DNA from: an uncultured Desulfosarcina sp. | GTDB lineage: Bacteria > Desulfobacterota > Desulfobacteria > Desulfobacterales > Desulfosarcinaceae | NCBI GenBank assembly: GCA_963674945.2 | Contig: CAXXWQ010000003.1 | Location: 1,536,001-1,600,000 of the forward strand | Length of the DNA stretch: 64,000 nt | Direction of reading: 5' to 3' | Part shown: positions 16,676 to 27,826 of the stretch, one piece after another | How positions within the stretch are numbered: position 1 is the first letter of the stretch | How the letters are laid out: the number at the start of each line of letters is the position of its first letter | The notes under the pieces: model-generated | Told to the model about the DNA's origin: nothing | What the model saw: the letters and a program-made list of their open reading frames with translations, nothing else | The model's database searches: none | Made by a program: the position numbers and the translations under genes

Positions 16676-18516
16676 GCTTTGCCAACCATTCCCACAAACT
16701 CACAGGCATCCTGGATGCCATGTCCGACGGCATCTATATCATCAACGACGACTATGTGGTCGAATTCATGAACAAGGCCATGATCCAGATTTTCGGCGAT
16801 GGTGTCGGGAAAAAATGCCACGAGGTGATCAATCACACCATGGCGCCCTGCCCCTGGTGCAGGGCCAAGGAGGTGTTCGACAACAAAGAGAATCTCAATG
16901 AGGAGGTCTACGTCCCAAAGGTGGACAAAACCTACAACCTCCTGGAAATTCCGCTGGAAAACACCGATGGCAGCATTTCCAAGATGAGCATCTACCGGGA
17001 CATTACCCACCGAAAAGACCAGGAGTACAGATTGCGCACCTCCCGGGAGAGCTTTAAAAGCCTCTTCGAACATGTGGCCGTGGGAGTCTACATCAGCAGC
17101 AAGGAAGGAAAGGTTCTCGATGCCAACCCGGCCCTTTTGGACATGCTGGGATATGAAGACAAAGATGTGTTTTTGGCCCTGGACTTTGCCCGGGACATCT
17201 ATCGCAGAGCAAAAGAACGTGCAATTTTTCAGACGATGATCGAGAAAAGCGGCCGTGTCGTCGATTACAAAGTCGATTTTCGAAAAAAGGACGGAACACC
17301 CATCACCGTATTGCTCACCGCCCATGTGCGCTACGACGCAGTGGGAACGGTCCTGGGGTACGAGGGCATCTGTGTGGACCAATCCCAGCGGCTGAAGATG
17401 GAAAAGGAGCTGAAAGAGGCCCACGACTTTCTCAACAACATCATCCAGAGTTCTCCCAACACCATCGTTGGTACGGACATGAAAGGAAATATCATTATCT
17501 GGAATCAGGGCGCCGAGGAGACCCTGGGATACGACGCCTCCGAGGTGATCGGTGTGAAAACGGTGGAGTACCTGTATGCCGACGATATGGCCCCAAAAGT
17601 CATGCGCATGATACGCAGCGATGACTACGGAGGACCGGGAAAGCTGCGTTCCTATCCCATGACCTTCAAGGCCAGGGACGGGCGGAACGTCGAAGGCAAC
17701 CTCTCCGCCAACATTATCTACGATGATGAGGGCCAAGAGATGGCAACGGTGGGCATTTTCGTGGATCTGGAAGAACAGCTAAAAATGGAGCGCAAACTCC
17801 ACAGGACCCAGGAGCAGCTCCTCCAGTCGGAAAAATTGGCCGCCATGGGCCGGCTCACCTCCCAGATCGCCCACGAATTGAACAATCCGCTTTATGGCAT
17901 CATGAACACCCTCGAATTGATGAAGACGGAAATCCCCGTGGGCAACCGGCGCCGCAAACTGCTGGAGATGAGTCTTTCCGAAACCGTCCGGGTAACGGAC
18001 ATGCTGAGAAAAATGCTCTCCTTTTCAAAACCCGACCAGGAGGAACGGGTTCCCGTGGATATCAACACGATCCTGGATGAAATTCTTCTGCTCCACGAAA
18101 AGCAGCTCTGGGAACATTCGATCAAGGTGGTTCATCGGTTCGCCGACAACCTGGCGCCGGTATACGCATCCAAAAACCAGCTTCGCCAGGTTTTCTTGAA
18201 TCTGATCTCCAATGCCCGGGATGCCATGCCCGAGGGAGGCCGCCTTACGGTGACCACCGAAGGGGACGACTACTTCGTTCACATTACCGTTGACGACAAC
18301 GGCGTGGGAATCAAAGAAGAGCATCTGGACCTGGTCTTCGAGACTTTTTTCACCACCAAAACGGACAGCGTCAAGGGTGTCGGCTTGGGGCTGTCCGTCT
18401 GTTACGGCTTTATCAAGGATCACAACGGCGACATCAAGGTGGCCAGTCGGGTAGGGGAAGGCACAACGTTTACCATCTCCCTGCCGGTCTATCGAAAGCG
18501 CCATCCCGACAGTTGA
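16672..18516 (+). CDS. Cytoplasmic sensor histidine kinase with three PAS domains
   Basis: H-box IAHELNNP, N-box QVFLNLISNARDA, DDNGVG, FFTTK, GVGLGL; no TM segments; ATGA overlap with the mvhD stop. Confidence 0.94.
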   Translation: MSFANHSHKLTGILDAMSDGIYIINDDYVVEFMNKAMIQIFGDGVGKKCHEVINHTMAPCPWCRAKEVFDNKENLNEEVYVPKVDKTYNLLEIPLENTDGSISKMSIYRDITHRKDQEYRLRTSRESFKSLFEHVAVGVYISSKEGKVLDANPALLDMLGYEDKDVFLALDFARDIYRRAKERAIFQTMIEKSGRVVDYKVDFRKKDGTPITVLLTAHVRYDAVGTVLGYEGICVDQSQRLKMEKELKEAHDFLNNIIQSSPNTIVGTDMKGNIIIWNQGAEETLGYDASEVIGVKTVEYLYADDMAPKVMRMIRSDDYGGPGKLRSYPMTFKARDGRNVEGNLSANIIYDDEGQEMATVGIFVDLEEQLKMERKLHRTQEQLLQSEKLAAMGRLTSQIAHELNNPLYGIMNTLELMKTEIPVGNRRRKLLEMSLSETVRVTDMLRKMLSFSKPDQEERVPVDINTILDEILLLHEKQLWEHSIKVVHRFADNLAPVYASKNQLRQVFLNLISNARDAMPEGGRLTVTTEGDDYFVHITVDDNGVGIKEEHLDLVFETFFTTKTDSVKGVGLGLSVCYGFIKDHNGDIKVASRVGEGTTFTISLPVYRKRHPDS

Positions 18517-18749
18517 GAGGCAGTTCTTAACCGGTCGAAAAAGCGGTTATGTCACCTCATGGGATTCCGTTGCATCCCATAAAGCAACGACCTTCTCCCT
18601 TCCCATTAACAAAAAAAACGACATTCAATTTTTAAAACCAAAACATTTTGTGATTGTGCGGCAACAAATAGTGTGTTAGTTACCAAGGCTGTGACTGTGG
18701 TGTTTTGATACAGCGGTATAGCGGATTCAGACCCTCTGGAAACGTTCCC

Positions 18750-18974
18750 ATGGAAGCTGCGCTGATAAATCCCTTCATCGAAGCCCCCCGTGAATCAATA
18801 GAATTCATGGTGGGCATAGAACACTTCAAACGTACCTATCCTGCGGCAGATCGCCAGGCAAAGACTTCATACGACATCTCCGCCGTGATTCATATCAACG
18901 GCGGTTTATACGGCACCGTGGTGCTCAGCTTCACGATGGCGACCGCCATAAATCATCGGGAAAGAATGGCATGA
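18750..18974 (+). pseudogene. Truncated CheX-like phosphatase fragment (74 aa)
   Basis: LINPFIEA...YDISAVI.I.G...GTVVLSF...A matches the CheX N-terminal half; the C-terminal half with the catalytic E..N is absent. Confidence 0.6.
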
Positions 18975-20434
18975 CGCATGGTCAAGCATTATCTGTTTGC
19001 TCTTCGACGCTTCATCAGGCGCTGGTGGAGGCGATGGAACTGGGGTTTGAAGTTGTGGTCACGACACCGGATCAACGGATCATTCCCAATGGCCGGCTGA
19101 CACAAGACGCACGCGACACTTCCCTCCTGGAATTACGGATACCATCCCAATTCACCATCGACCCTGCGACCACCATCGACTGCCTTTTCACAACCATGGA
19201 AAAACCGTTCTTTTTTCAATCCAAAATCACGGAGCAGGCAGGGAGGGATGAGGGATATCGCAGATACCGCATCGTCGTTCCGGAAACAATCGAGGAGTGC
19301 AACCGGAGATCCTACTGCCGGGTCAACCCGGCAATTGATGAACCAGTGTGGCTCCACTTCCACCATGATCGAAAAGGCCCGGTGCGGGTATTGATTGATG
19401 ACATTTGTTTGGGTGGTGTCAGCATCGTCATGCCCGAAAAATTACGCATCGATAATTTTAAAAGCCCCCTGTCCTGTGAAATCCACCTGCCTGATGACGA
19501 AATCCTTGATTTGAAAATATCAGCGTGCAACAGACGCACTTTTTTCGGTGCCGTTATGATTGGCGCCGAAATTGTCTCCATCACAAAAGACAACCGCCTT
19601 CGAATCGAAGCCTATGTCAACCAGCTGATGAAGAAGAAAACAGGGAAAGATGCTGAAAATAGTCGAAGAGATGTCCGGCTTGCGGTAATCGAACATCCCG
19701 ACAGCAAAACGTTGTCACCACTTCTTAAAGATCATTACATCATCAACCGGGCATGGCAGGCGCACAATCTGGCAAAACTTCGTGCCTACCTGCCGGACAT
19801 CGTCGTCGTGGAGATGGATCATCCGGAAGCGATCACCTGCCTGAAAAACATCAAGAACAGTCCCGCTTTGCGTGCGCGGCCGTTGGTCATCGTGGGAGAG
19901 ATGCACAGGGCAATCATGGCCTTCGGCTCCGGTATTCGGTACCTTTCCAAACCGGTCCACCAGCGTTACCTGCAACGGGCCATAGACAATTTGATAAGCA
20001 CTTATCGAGTATCCCGGAGAATCGTTGGACTTCCCACCCGGTGCTGGCAAACGACGACCACTGTCATCATCCATTCGTCCGCGGGAAAAAACAATGATGC
20101 CACGGCGCAGCACCTGCGGCACAACAACATCCAAACCATCGTTATCGAAGACCAGAAACGATTCGTGCCGCAACTGTTACAGAAAGTTCCCCAGTGCATC
20201 ATCCTGGATGCGGACGATGCTGCCAGCGTCGGCACCATCTGCCGCGTTCTATCTCGGAACAGGCTTCTGAAACATACGCCAGTCATCCTTTTGACGGAAC
20301 ACCGAGAATTGGGAGAGCAGTTTACCAAGAAAAATATGGTTACTGGATTTATAGAAAAGTCATATTCTCCCGACATTCTCGTTTCGGCCGTCTATTGTGC
20401 CATTACAATGAAACGAGCTGCTCTCGATTCTTGA
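18971..20434 (+). CDS. PilZ-domain protein (YcgR-like N-terminus) with two C-terminal receiver-like domains
   Basis: NRRSYCRV (RxxxR) and DICLGG (DxSxxG-like); PDIVVVEM...YLSKPV and PQCIILD...TPVILLT...FIEK receiver-like segments. Confidence 0.65.
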   Translation: MTHGQALSVCSSTLHQALVEAMELGFEVVVTTPDQRIIPNGRLTQDARDTSLLELRIPSQFTIDPATTIDCLFTTMEKPFFFQSKITEQAGRDEGYRRYRIVVPETIEECNRRSYCRVNPAIDEPVWLHFHHDRKGPVRVLIDDICLGGVSIVMPEKLRIDNFKSPLSCEIHLPDDEILDLKISACNRRTFFGAVMIGAEIVSITKDNRLRIEAYVNQLMKKKTGKDAENSRRDVRLAVIEHPDSKTLSPLLKDHYIINRAWQAHNLAKLRAYLPDIVVVEMDHPEAITCLKNIKNSPALRARPLVIVGEMHRAIMAFGSGIRYLSKPVHQRYLQRAIDNLISTYRVSRRIVGLPTRCWQTTTTVIIHSSAGKNNDATAQHLRHNNIQTIVIEDQKRFVPQLLQKVPQCIILDADDAASVGTICRVLSRNRLLKHTPVILLTEHRELGEQFTKKNMVTGFIEKSYSPDILVSAVYCAITMKRAALDS

Positions 20435-20504
20435 GATACTCACCATGGTGGTCTCTGACACGGAAGATCTTCTGACGACGACAGGTTGTCGCCCTGCCGG
20501 CACT

Positions 20505-21527
20505 TCACATCGTCGGTTCCACGACCCGTACTTCTCGTTCCAGTAAAATACCGTATTTTTGTTCAACGGATTGCCTGATTTTTTCTGAAAACGACAGGAT
20601 TTCCCGGCCGGTGGCCTGTCCCCGGTTGACCAATACCAGAGCCTGCCGGTCATGGACAGCGACTCGGCCCACCTGCTTTCCCTTCCAGCCGCAACGATCG
20701 ATCAACCACCCGGCCGCCAGCTTGAAACGGCCATCGGAAAGGGGGTAATGGGGAAGGTCCGGATTATTTTTTACCAACCGTTCCATCTTTTGTTTTTCCA
20801 CGATGGGATTTTTGAAAAAGCTGCCGGCATTGCCGATAACGGCAGGGTCGGGCAGTTTTTGTTTCCGGATGTCGATGATGGCCCTTCGAACGCTTTTCAG
20901 GCAAGGGTCGCCCAAGGCCTGCACCTTCTCTGCCACACCGGGATAATCGAGAACGAATCGGGGATTCTTTCGAAGTAGAAAAACAACCGCCGTAATGAGG
21001 AAACGATCGCAACCCTCTTTTTTAAAACGGCTGGTCCGGTACCCGAAACCGCACTCCTGACCGGAAAACACGGCCCTTTTGCCAGTGGGGACGTCGATGG
21101 TCTCGACACGTTGGATCACCGACCGGACCTCCACGCCGTAAGCTCCGATATTTTGCACGACGCTTGCCCCCACGGTCCCCGGAATGTAGGACAGATTTTC
21201 GATGCCACCCCACCGGTTGTTCACGGCAAAGGCAACCAGTTCATCCCATTTTTCTCCGGCCATTGCCTTGACCGACAGGTGCGAAGCACCTTCTTCGACG
21301 ATGGAAATGCCCTTTAGTGCCGGATGAAAAACCGTACCGGGAAAGTCTCCCGTGAACAAAAAATTGCTTCCACCTCCCAGGATCAGGTACGTCGCCTCCG
21401 CCAAAGGGGGCCGGCGCAAATACTCGAAGATCTCCTTCTCGGCATCAAAACGAACATAGTGCCGGGCGGCAACATCGATTCCGAAAGTGTTCAAATTCTT
21501 CAGTGGATAACGGTCTTTTCTCTCCAT
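20505..21527 (-). CDS. murB: UDP-N-acetylmuramate dehydrogenase
   Basis: NTFGI, LGGGSN, IPGTVGA..QNIGAYG, FGYRTS.FK, GNAGSFFKNP, AAGWLID, QALVLVN, LEREV. Confidence 0.96.
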   Translation of the reverse strand: MERKDRYPLKNLNTFGIDVAARHYVRFDAEKEIFEYLRRPPLAEATYLILGGGSNFLFTGDFPGTVFHPALKGISIVEEGASHLSVKAMAGEKWDELVAFAVNNRWGGIENLSYIPGTVGASVVQNIGAYGVEVRSVIQRVETIDVPTGKRAVFSGQECGFGYRTSRFKKEGCDRFLITAVVFLLRKNPRFVLDYPGVAEKVQALGDPCLKSVRRAIIDIRKQKLPDPAVIGNAGSFFKNPIVEKQKMERLVKNNPDLPHYPLSDGRFKLAAGWLIDRCGWKGKQVGRVAVHDRQALVLVNRGQATGREILSFSEKIRQSVEQKYGILLEREVRVVEPTM

Positions 21528-21679
21528 TTGGTCAACTCTGTATGTGTAAAGGCCAATACATTTTTAGCAGATTGAACGGCGACTCACAACATGGTAAAAG
21601 AAAAGAATGGGTCCTGTCCGAGAAAACCCTGCTACCGGTCGCCGGTTACCGCCCTTCCACTTTTTGAATGTACCGTCGA

Positions 21680-23671
21680 CTATCGATCCAACGCACTGCG
21701 CACCGCATTCGCAAAGTCCTCCAACTGAATCGGCTTAGAAAGGTATTCTCGAATCCCCATGGATTTGGCCTCATTTTCAGTAATTCGGGTAGTGAACCCG
21801 GAACAAAGAATAACCGGAAGATCCGGACGAATTTTAAACAATTCACGCGCCAGGGCATCGCCAGGAAGTTTCGGCATGGTCACATCCGAGATCACCAGAT
21901 CGCATTGGTTCGGGTTTTCCTTGAACCGCCGGAGTGCTTCCAGGCTGTCCGATTCGACATGCACTTGATACCCCAACGTTTCGAGCATTTTCCGTTCGAT
22001 GACACCAATTACCTTTTCATCGTCTACGATCAGGATTCTCTCGGTTCCCCGTGGCAGGGCAACCGAGGAGGACTGGGGTTGCTCAGGCCGTCCATCATCG
22101 TCGACTCTGGGGAAAAACAGATCGAAACGGGCTCCATAGCCGGGCTCACTTTGAACCGTGATGGCACCTTTGTAATTTCTGACGATTCCCATCACGACGG
22201 CAAGGCCGAGACCGGTACCCTCTTCCGGATTTTTGGTAGAAAAATAGGGGTCGAAAATACGTTCCATAATTTCCGGGTCCATCCCATGGCCTGTATCGCT
22301 GACGGTCAACCGCAAATAGGCACCAGGATTCAGCGTGCTGTCCATAAAAGAAGCCGTGTCATCAAGATCGACGTTTTTCAACTTCAGTTTCAATGTTCCG
22401 CCGGTATCGCGCATGGCATGGGCCGCATTCGTCGCCAGGTTCATCACGATTTGGTGGATCTGGGCAGGATCGGCCAATGTCATTCCTGCATTTTTTTCGA
22501 TCTCATGAACCATGTCAATGGTTGTCGGAAGTGTTGCCCGTAACATTTTGATGACGTCTTTTACGATAAGGCTGATACGCAGCGGTCGCTTTTCCAGTTC
22601 CCCCTGGCGGCTGATGGTCAAAATCTGCTGCACCAGATCGGCGGCGCGATGGCCTGCCTCTTTGACTTGGAACATGTGTCTGGTATCCTGCTGACGCTCG
22701 GAAGCCTCCATTATGGCCAATTCGGTGCTACCGAGAATAACGCTTAGAATATTGTTGAAATCGTGGGCGATGCCAGCGGCCAGGGTGCCAATGGCCTCGA
22801 TTCTTTGAACATGGCGCAACTGCTTTTCCAGCGCCTCTTTTTCAACCATCGCCGCCTTTTGGACGCTCAGGTCGAAAAAACTCAATAGCAGACACTCTTT
22901 TCCGTTGAAATGGATGCGAGTACTCGTTGTTAAGATCGGCACTTCCACTCCGCTGTGGGTTTTCAGAATATGTTCGGATGAATCCGTACCCTGATCCAAA
23001 TCCAGTTCACGGCCGCCATTCGGTTTCTCAGGATCCAGAATATCATGGTATAGACAACCGTTGATCGCTTCGGCAACGACGCCAACAATTTCAGCGGTTT
23101 TGGGATTGGTATAGACAATACGCGCCGTAGCAATATCCACGATAATGATACCGGCCCGGATGTTGTCAAGAATCGATCGGAATTGCTTTTCGTTTCTCCG
23201 CAGATTTTCCGTGGTCCGATGTAATTCCGAGGTGCGTTCGGCCACCATCTGTTCCAGGTGGTCCTGGTACCGGCGGTTTTCCTCCTTCAGTCGCGCCTTC
23301 TCAAATGCCATATCCACGGAATGGGCAAGCACGGATAAATCCTTGACGGGTTTGAGAATATAGTCCCATGCCCCCTGGTGAAGGGCCTCCACTGCATCGG
23401 AAATCACACCGGTTCCGGAAACGACAATCAGCGGGGTGGCTGGACTTTTTTTCGTGATATGGGCCAACACTTCCAGACCGTCCATTTTCGGCATTCTGAG
23501 ATCCACCAGCACCAGATCGGCACGTTCTCGATCGAACATGTCGACACCGACCCGGCCGTTTTCCGCCGTAAGAACCCGGTACCCCATGTCTTCCAGATAG
23601 TCGGCGAAACTTTGACGGATCGCCTCTTCATCGTCGATGATCAGAATGGTTTTTCCCTCGATGTCCACCAT
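21680..23671 (-). CDS. Hybrid sensor kinase (REC-PAS-HisKA-HATPase-REC)
   Basis: N-terminal IIDDE/VDLRMP; AHDFNNIL; NLATNA; GTGLGL; C-terminal VDDE/SDVTMP. Confidence 0.93.
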   Translation of the reverse strand: MVDIEGKTILIIDDEEAIRQSFADYLEDMGYRVLTAENGRVGVDMFDRERADLVLVDLRMPKMDGLEVLAHITKKSPATPLIVVSGTGVISDAVEALHQGAWDYILKPVKDLSVLAHSVDMAFEKARLKEENRRYQDHLEQMVAERTSELHRTTENLRRNEKQFRSILDNIRAGIIIVDIATARIVYTNPKTAEIVGVVAEAINGCLYHDILDPEKPNGGRELDLDQGTDSSEHILKTHSGVEVPILTTSTRIHFNGKECLLLSFFDLSVQKAAMVEKEALEKQLRHVQRIEAIGTLAAGIAHDFNNILSVILGSTELAIMEASERQQDTRHMFQVKEAGHRAADLVQQILTISRQGELEKRPLRISLIVKDVIKMLRATLPTTIDMVHEIEKNAGMTLADPAQIHQIVMNLATNAAHAMRDTGGTLKLKLKNVDLDDTASFMDSTLNPGAYLRLTVSDTGHGMDPEIMERIFDPYFSTKNPEEGTGLGLAVVMGIVRNYKGAITVQSEPGYGARFDLFFPRVDDDGRPEQPQSSSVALPRGTERILIVDDEKVIGVIERKMLETLGYQVHVESDSLEALRRFKENPNQCDLVISDVTMPKLPGDALARELFKIRPDLPVILCSGFTTRITENEAKSMGIREYLSKPIQLEDFANAVRSALDR

Positions 23672-23695
23672 AGAAAACTCGCTTTGTTTTCGGTT

Positions 23696-26272
23696 TCATG
23701 AATGGATTTTTTCTACTGCCGGTCCTTCCAACGGCAGGCGAATGATAAATTTCGTTCCTGTACCGGGGCTTGATTCCACGGACATCTCTCCACGATGATT
23801 TTCAGTGATGATAAAATAGGAAACGCTCAGGCCGAGACCGGTGCCCACGCCAATTGGTTTGGTGGTGAAAAATGGCTCGAAGATCCGCTTACGGGTCGCC
23901 TCATCCATTCCCGGCCCGTTGTCCTCGATTTCCATGGTGGCCATATGTCGATCCGCTTCGTGCCGGGTTCGGTAAATGAAGCGAGGCGATTCGGTCCCGG
24001 CAGCCTGCATGGCCTGTGCCCCATTGCGCAGAATATTGAGAATCACCTGCTGAATTTTGGCGCCCTCGCAGGACACCCCGTGCGCGTTTTGGGCGTACTC
24101 CCGCCGAATCTCGATTTGTTTGAAGTCGTACTGCTTTTTTAAATCGTAATCCGTGGCCGCCAGCTCCGTCGTTTTGTCGAGAAGATCCTCAAGAAAATGA
24201 GAGGAGATCGTGGCATCACCCTTTCTGGCAAAGCTCAGCATGTTGTCCACGATGGCCGCCACCCGTCTGCCCGAAGCCGTGATGGCATCGAGCATTCTCG
24301 GTATTCCCCTGGCCGCCATATACGTTTCAATGGCCGCCATTGTCGTGCCGGCGGCTTCTGCGGCCTTCCGGTTGGCCGGAACATCAAAATCTTGCCCTAA
24401 CCGGATGCCCATCACTTCGGCCGTCTGCATCATGCCGGCCAGGGGATTGTTGATCTCGTGGGCCATGCCGGCGGCAAGTCCACCCACGGACAGCATCTTC
24501 TCGCCCTGGATCATCATCTCTTCCAGGCGTACCTGTTCCGTGACATCGTCCACCCGGATCACGGCCCCCTCCACCCCGTTGGCCACCAGAGGGAAGATGG
24601 TAACGTCTTCGAAGCGGGTCTCCTGCTTTTTTTTTCTCGGAACTTTGGGAGAGCTGATCACCCGGCGCTCCCGGATAGCCGTTTTGATGCGTTCCATCTC
24701 ATCGCCCAGGCGCGGAAATACCTCTGTCAACGGCTGGAACCGGGCCTTTTCGGGGCTCAATCCCGTCGCCTGCGCAGCCCGGTGATTCCACTGGGTCACA
24801 TTGCCGTCGCGATCCACCGCAACGAGCAAAGACGGCATGGAGTCGATGATGTTGGAAAGGTAGCTGCGCAATCGGTGCAACTCCTCTTCGTTCTCCTTGC
24901 GCAGCGTGATATCGGCGAGAAAGCCGTAAAAGGCAATCCTGTCGCCGATTTTTCGCTGCAGGGACCGGCCCTCGAACCAGATCGTTTCTCCCGAGGGTCT
25001 GATGAATTGCCCTTCATAGTTCCAGGGGAGCAGCGTTTCGGCGACATCCTTTACGGAAGTGCGGAAACGCGTACGGTCTTTTTCCGGAAGACAGGCGGAA
25101 AACCGGTTGAAGAAGTCCCCCAATTCGGCGTCCAGGCCGAAGATCTCGATTATCTTCTCCCGCACGATACTGGTAAATATACCGGATTGGAGATCATTCG
25201 GCTCCGCAATGAACTGGTACACCACGCCGGGAACATTGCCGATAAGGTCTTTCAATCGCTCTTCACTTTCCAGTAAATTTCCCTGTGCTTTTTTTATTTC
25301 CTCGACATACCGAATGATATCATGCCCCAGTATGGCGCCCAATACGCTCAAAGTGCACAAAATAGCGATCAGCAGAGCCCAGCTTAAATTTCGGTTCAGT
25401 GTGTTGGCGCGGGATATTTCGGAACTGATTACCGTGGAAAACGCTTCGCAATGATTGAGCAGCTCGCCGCCGACAACCACCAGATCCTTGTTGATGAAAT
25501 CCAGTTTGGAAAAATGTTGCACGATCCTTTGTTCGTATTGGACGAGTTCGGACAGCTTTTTCTCGAGCGAACCGATGACCCGATCAATATCCGGCTCATT
25601 GCCCATCAGCACATTCAGATAATGCAGTTGGGCCTTATGCTTTTCCATTGCCCCGGCAATCACTTCCTTTTTCTTCCGATATCCGGAAAGATCCCAATCC
25701 AGAAAAAGCTCGGTCAATATGAGCTGTTGTTGAATGTGAAGGGCCATCAGATCGTAAGCGGTTTCCTTGATTCGGGTTTTTATGGGATCGATGCTCCGGC
25801 CCTCGTATATTTTCAATCCCTCCTCTTTTCGATAGGGGGTGATGATGCGATCCTGAATTTCCGTGGAGAAGGACAGGCCGATACGTTGTACTCTATTTTT
25901 TTCTTTGTTCAATCCTAGAGCAGGATCATGGATACGGGAAAGGAGATGGTCATATTCTGCGATCTTTTCCGTAAGGGTTTTCAGATATTGTTTCCATTGT
26001 CCGTCGCGTGGGGGGGCATCTGCCAGGCTGCGTTGAAAAAAATCAATATGATTCGTTATTTTCTTCCAGGCATCCGGATCGCCGCTTTGGATAAAATCGC
26101 GGCGCAAAAGGCGTATATTCTCCACTTTTTCCGTCAACTGCCGAATCCCGAACAGGAGGTGTTGGTTGTCCCGGGTTTTTTGGGTAAAGTAGTGGCCGAG
26201 AAGTGAACTTAACAGGCAGGCGCCGACCCCCAGAACAACGATAAAAACCACTTTCTTATTTGTGTTCATCAA
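23696..26272 (-). CDS. Membrane sensor histidine kinase (two TM, helical periplasmic domain, two PAS)
   Basis: Two hydrophobic segments; [34 protein letters not shown]. Confidence 0.92.
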   Translation of the reverse strand: MMNTNKKVVFIVVLGVGACLLSSLLGHYFTQKTRDNQHLLFGIRQLTEKVENIRLLRRDFIQSGDPDAWKKITNHIDFFQRSLADAPPRDGQWKQYLKTLTEKIAEYDHLLSRIHDPALGLNKEKNRVQRIGLSFSTEIQDRIITPYRKEEGLKIYEGRSIDPIKTRIKETAYDLMALHIQQQLILTELFLDWDLSGYRKKKEVIAGAMEKHKAQLHYLNVLMGNEPDIDRVIGSLEKKLSELVQYEQRIVQHFSKLDFINKDLVVVGGELLNHCEAFSTVISSEISRANTLNRNLSWALLIAILCTLSVLGAILGHDIIRYVEEIKKAQGNLLESEERLKDLIGNVPGVVYQFIAEPNDLQSGIFTSIVREKIIEIFGLDAELGDFFNRFSACLPEKDRTRFRTSVKDVAETLLPWNYEGQFIRPSGETIWFEGRSLQRKIGDRIAFYGFLADITLRKENEEELHRLRSYLSNIIDSMPSLLVAVDRDGNVTQWNHRAAQATGLSPEKARFQPLTEVFPRLGDEMERIKTAIRERRVISSPKVPRKKKQETRFEDVTIFPLVANGVEGAVIRVDDVTEQVRLEEMMIQGEKMLSVGGLAAGMAHEINNPLAGMMQTAEVMGIRLGQDFDVPANRKAAEAAGTTMAAIETYMAARGIPRMLDAITASGRRVAAIVDNMLSFARKGDATISSHFLEDLLDKTTELAATDYDLKKQYDFKQIEIRREYAQNAHGVSCEGAKIQQVILNILRNGAQAMQAAGTESPRFIYRTRHEADRHMATMEIEDNGPGMDEATRKRIFEPFFTTKPIGVGTGLGLSVSYFIITENHRGEMSVESSPGTGTKFIIRLPLEGPAVEKIHS

Positions 26273-26328
26273 TCCGCCTCTTCACTTGCTGCGCGCCAAT
26301 CCATCCCGACCCGTTGTTAATCGTTACC

Positions 26329-27826
26329 CAATGTCGTTAACTTAACCGATCGGCTTGTACTGAGGAAAATATATGCGCGGTTTCGCTTTGTGTTTGCGCG
26401 GATATTTTCTCCCCGGCCTAATCGGTTCAACGGTTCTTTGAAAAATATATTGCAAATCGGCGATCAATCGTTTGATCATCCTTTTCGTATCGAGAAACAG
26501 CAAGACGATCACACCTTTACTTTTTGACAGCGCCTGGGTGAAATTGATCTGGTATCGGTGTTTTTTATCCACAATGTCATTGTCCATCTGGTCTTGGACA
26601 GGAAAAGCCATCATCCAGACCAGGTTTTTGGCGAAAATCTTTGCGTGAAAGTCTTGATACACAGACAGCGCAGATTGGCCAGAAAAGTTTTCCAGTTCCA
26701 TCCGGCATTTGATGATTTTGTAATCCTCTTCCACTGGCCATCTTTTGTGGTAAAGATCGCTAAACAGTTCGATTGGATATGTTCCCTTGTCAATCAGCGA
26801 AGTCATTAGCACGGCAACCTTCCCATCGTTTTCAATGCGGATCAGACGAAGTTTTAAAGGGGTTGTGTCCAACCCCATCTGTTTGCATTGGGAAACGGAG
26901 GTAGGATGAACAGGCACGGTAACAATCTTTTCCGATAGCCCGGAATGAAAAAACTTACGAACGACTTTCCATTTCGTACAAGACACGCGGGCACAGAAGT
27001 TGGCCTCCATGGAAAGGATCAGGTTAAAAAGCCACCATGCCGGGTACCCCCTATCGAGAAGGATCAAATCCTTGGGCATGACGTTTAGCATGTGTTGCGC
27101 CGCCAGTTCGCGTTCACCGATACGTTTGGGCTTGATAAGGGCATCGACGGTCATTTTGTTGAGGACATCGAAAAGCTGAGAAACCCTTGCCATGGGAGAT
27201 GGCGCACCCTGACGAACGTTCCAAACGCCAAAATGCTGGGCGACATCATCCGTCACCGGCAATTTTGTTGTAGAACCGTCAATGGCCAGCAACCGGAACC
27301 CGAACCACAACTTGGGACGAAAATGCTTTTCAAAATAGATGATTAACTGTAAATTCAATTCAACAAAGGCTTCATACTTGAGCTTCATTCGCGCTTTTGT
27401 TAAAGCTGCTTTCGATACGACCCGTCTTGCCACATCGAAGCGGCATAATGTCTTGAAGAATCTATCCAGTTCGTCCTGGTATGAACCTTTGACAAGGTTG
27501 ATGAGAAAAACGATCAAGACATGAAACGGAAGTTTTCTATTCCGTGTGAAATCGTTCTTGTTTTTTCTGTGGCGAGCGATGAAGTCAGGAGAGGAGATAA
27601 TTTCTCTTATAAATTCAATTGTTTTGGCACATACATTGAAAATCAGGTTTCGTGCCAAAGTTACCAAATTTCTCGCTAATTTTCGACATGGTATGCTCCT
27701 TTTGATTATATAACTGGCTGTTATTATTGAAAGTGAGTATACCATGTCGATCCACCTAATACAACATAATTTGCAATATATTTGATATGTTATGCCGTTT
27801 AACTGCTTCTTAAGTTAATGGCATTG
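26329..27826 (-). mobile_element. Complete IS4-family insertion sequence (1498 bp) with 17-bp imperfect IRs and 10-bp target-site duplication
   Basis: IR CAATGTCGTTAACTTAA (26329-26345) versus reverse complement CAATGCCATTAACTTAA (27810-27826), 15/17. Direct repeat AATCGTTACC at 26319-26328 and 27827-27836. Confidence 0.93.
26342..27745 (-). CDS. IS4 family DDE transposase (start uncertain)
   Basis: AIDGS, LLDRGY and Y..RW.VE..Y...K (YREK signature); DFTRNRKLPF N-terminus; lower GC than the flanks. Confidence 0.93.
   Translation of the reverse strand: MVYSLSIITASYIIKRSIPCRKLARNLVTLARNLIFNVCAKTIEFIREIISSPDFIARHRKNKNDFTRNRKLPFHVLIVFLINLVKGSYQDELDRFFKTLCRFDVARRVVSKAALTKARMKLKYEAFVELNLQLIIYFEKHFRPKLWFGFRLLAIDGSTTKLPVTDDVAQHFGVWNVRQGAPSPMARVSQLFDVLNKMTVDALIKPKRIGERELAAQHMLNVMPKDLILLDRGYPAWWLFNLILSMEANFCARVSCTKWKVVRKFFHSGLSEKIVTVPVHPTSVSQCKQMGLDTTPLKLRLIRIENDGKVAVLMTSLIDKGTYPIELFSDLYHKRWPVEEDYKIIKCRMELENFSGQSALSVYQDFHAKIFAKNLVWMMAFPVQDQMDNDIVDKKHRYQINFTQALSKSKGVIVLLFLDTKRMIKRLIADLQYIFQRTVEPIRPGRKYPRKHKAKPRIYFPQYKPIG

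Noticed and set aside
16423..17736. Long antisense ORFs (437 aa here; also 57928..59232, 46384..47376, 21668..22543 and others)
   Set aside because: Shadow frames of well-supported genes in GC-rich DNA, with no recognisable motifs.
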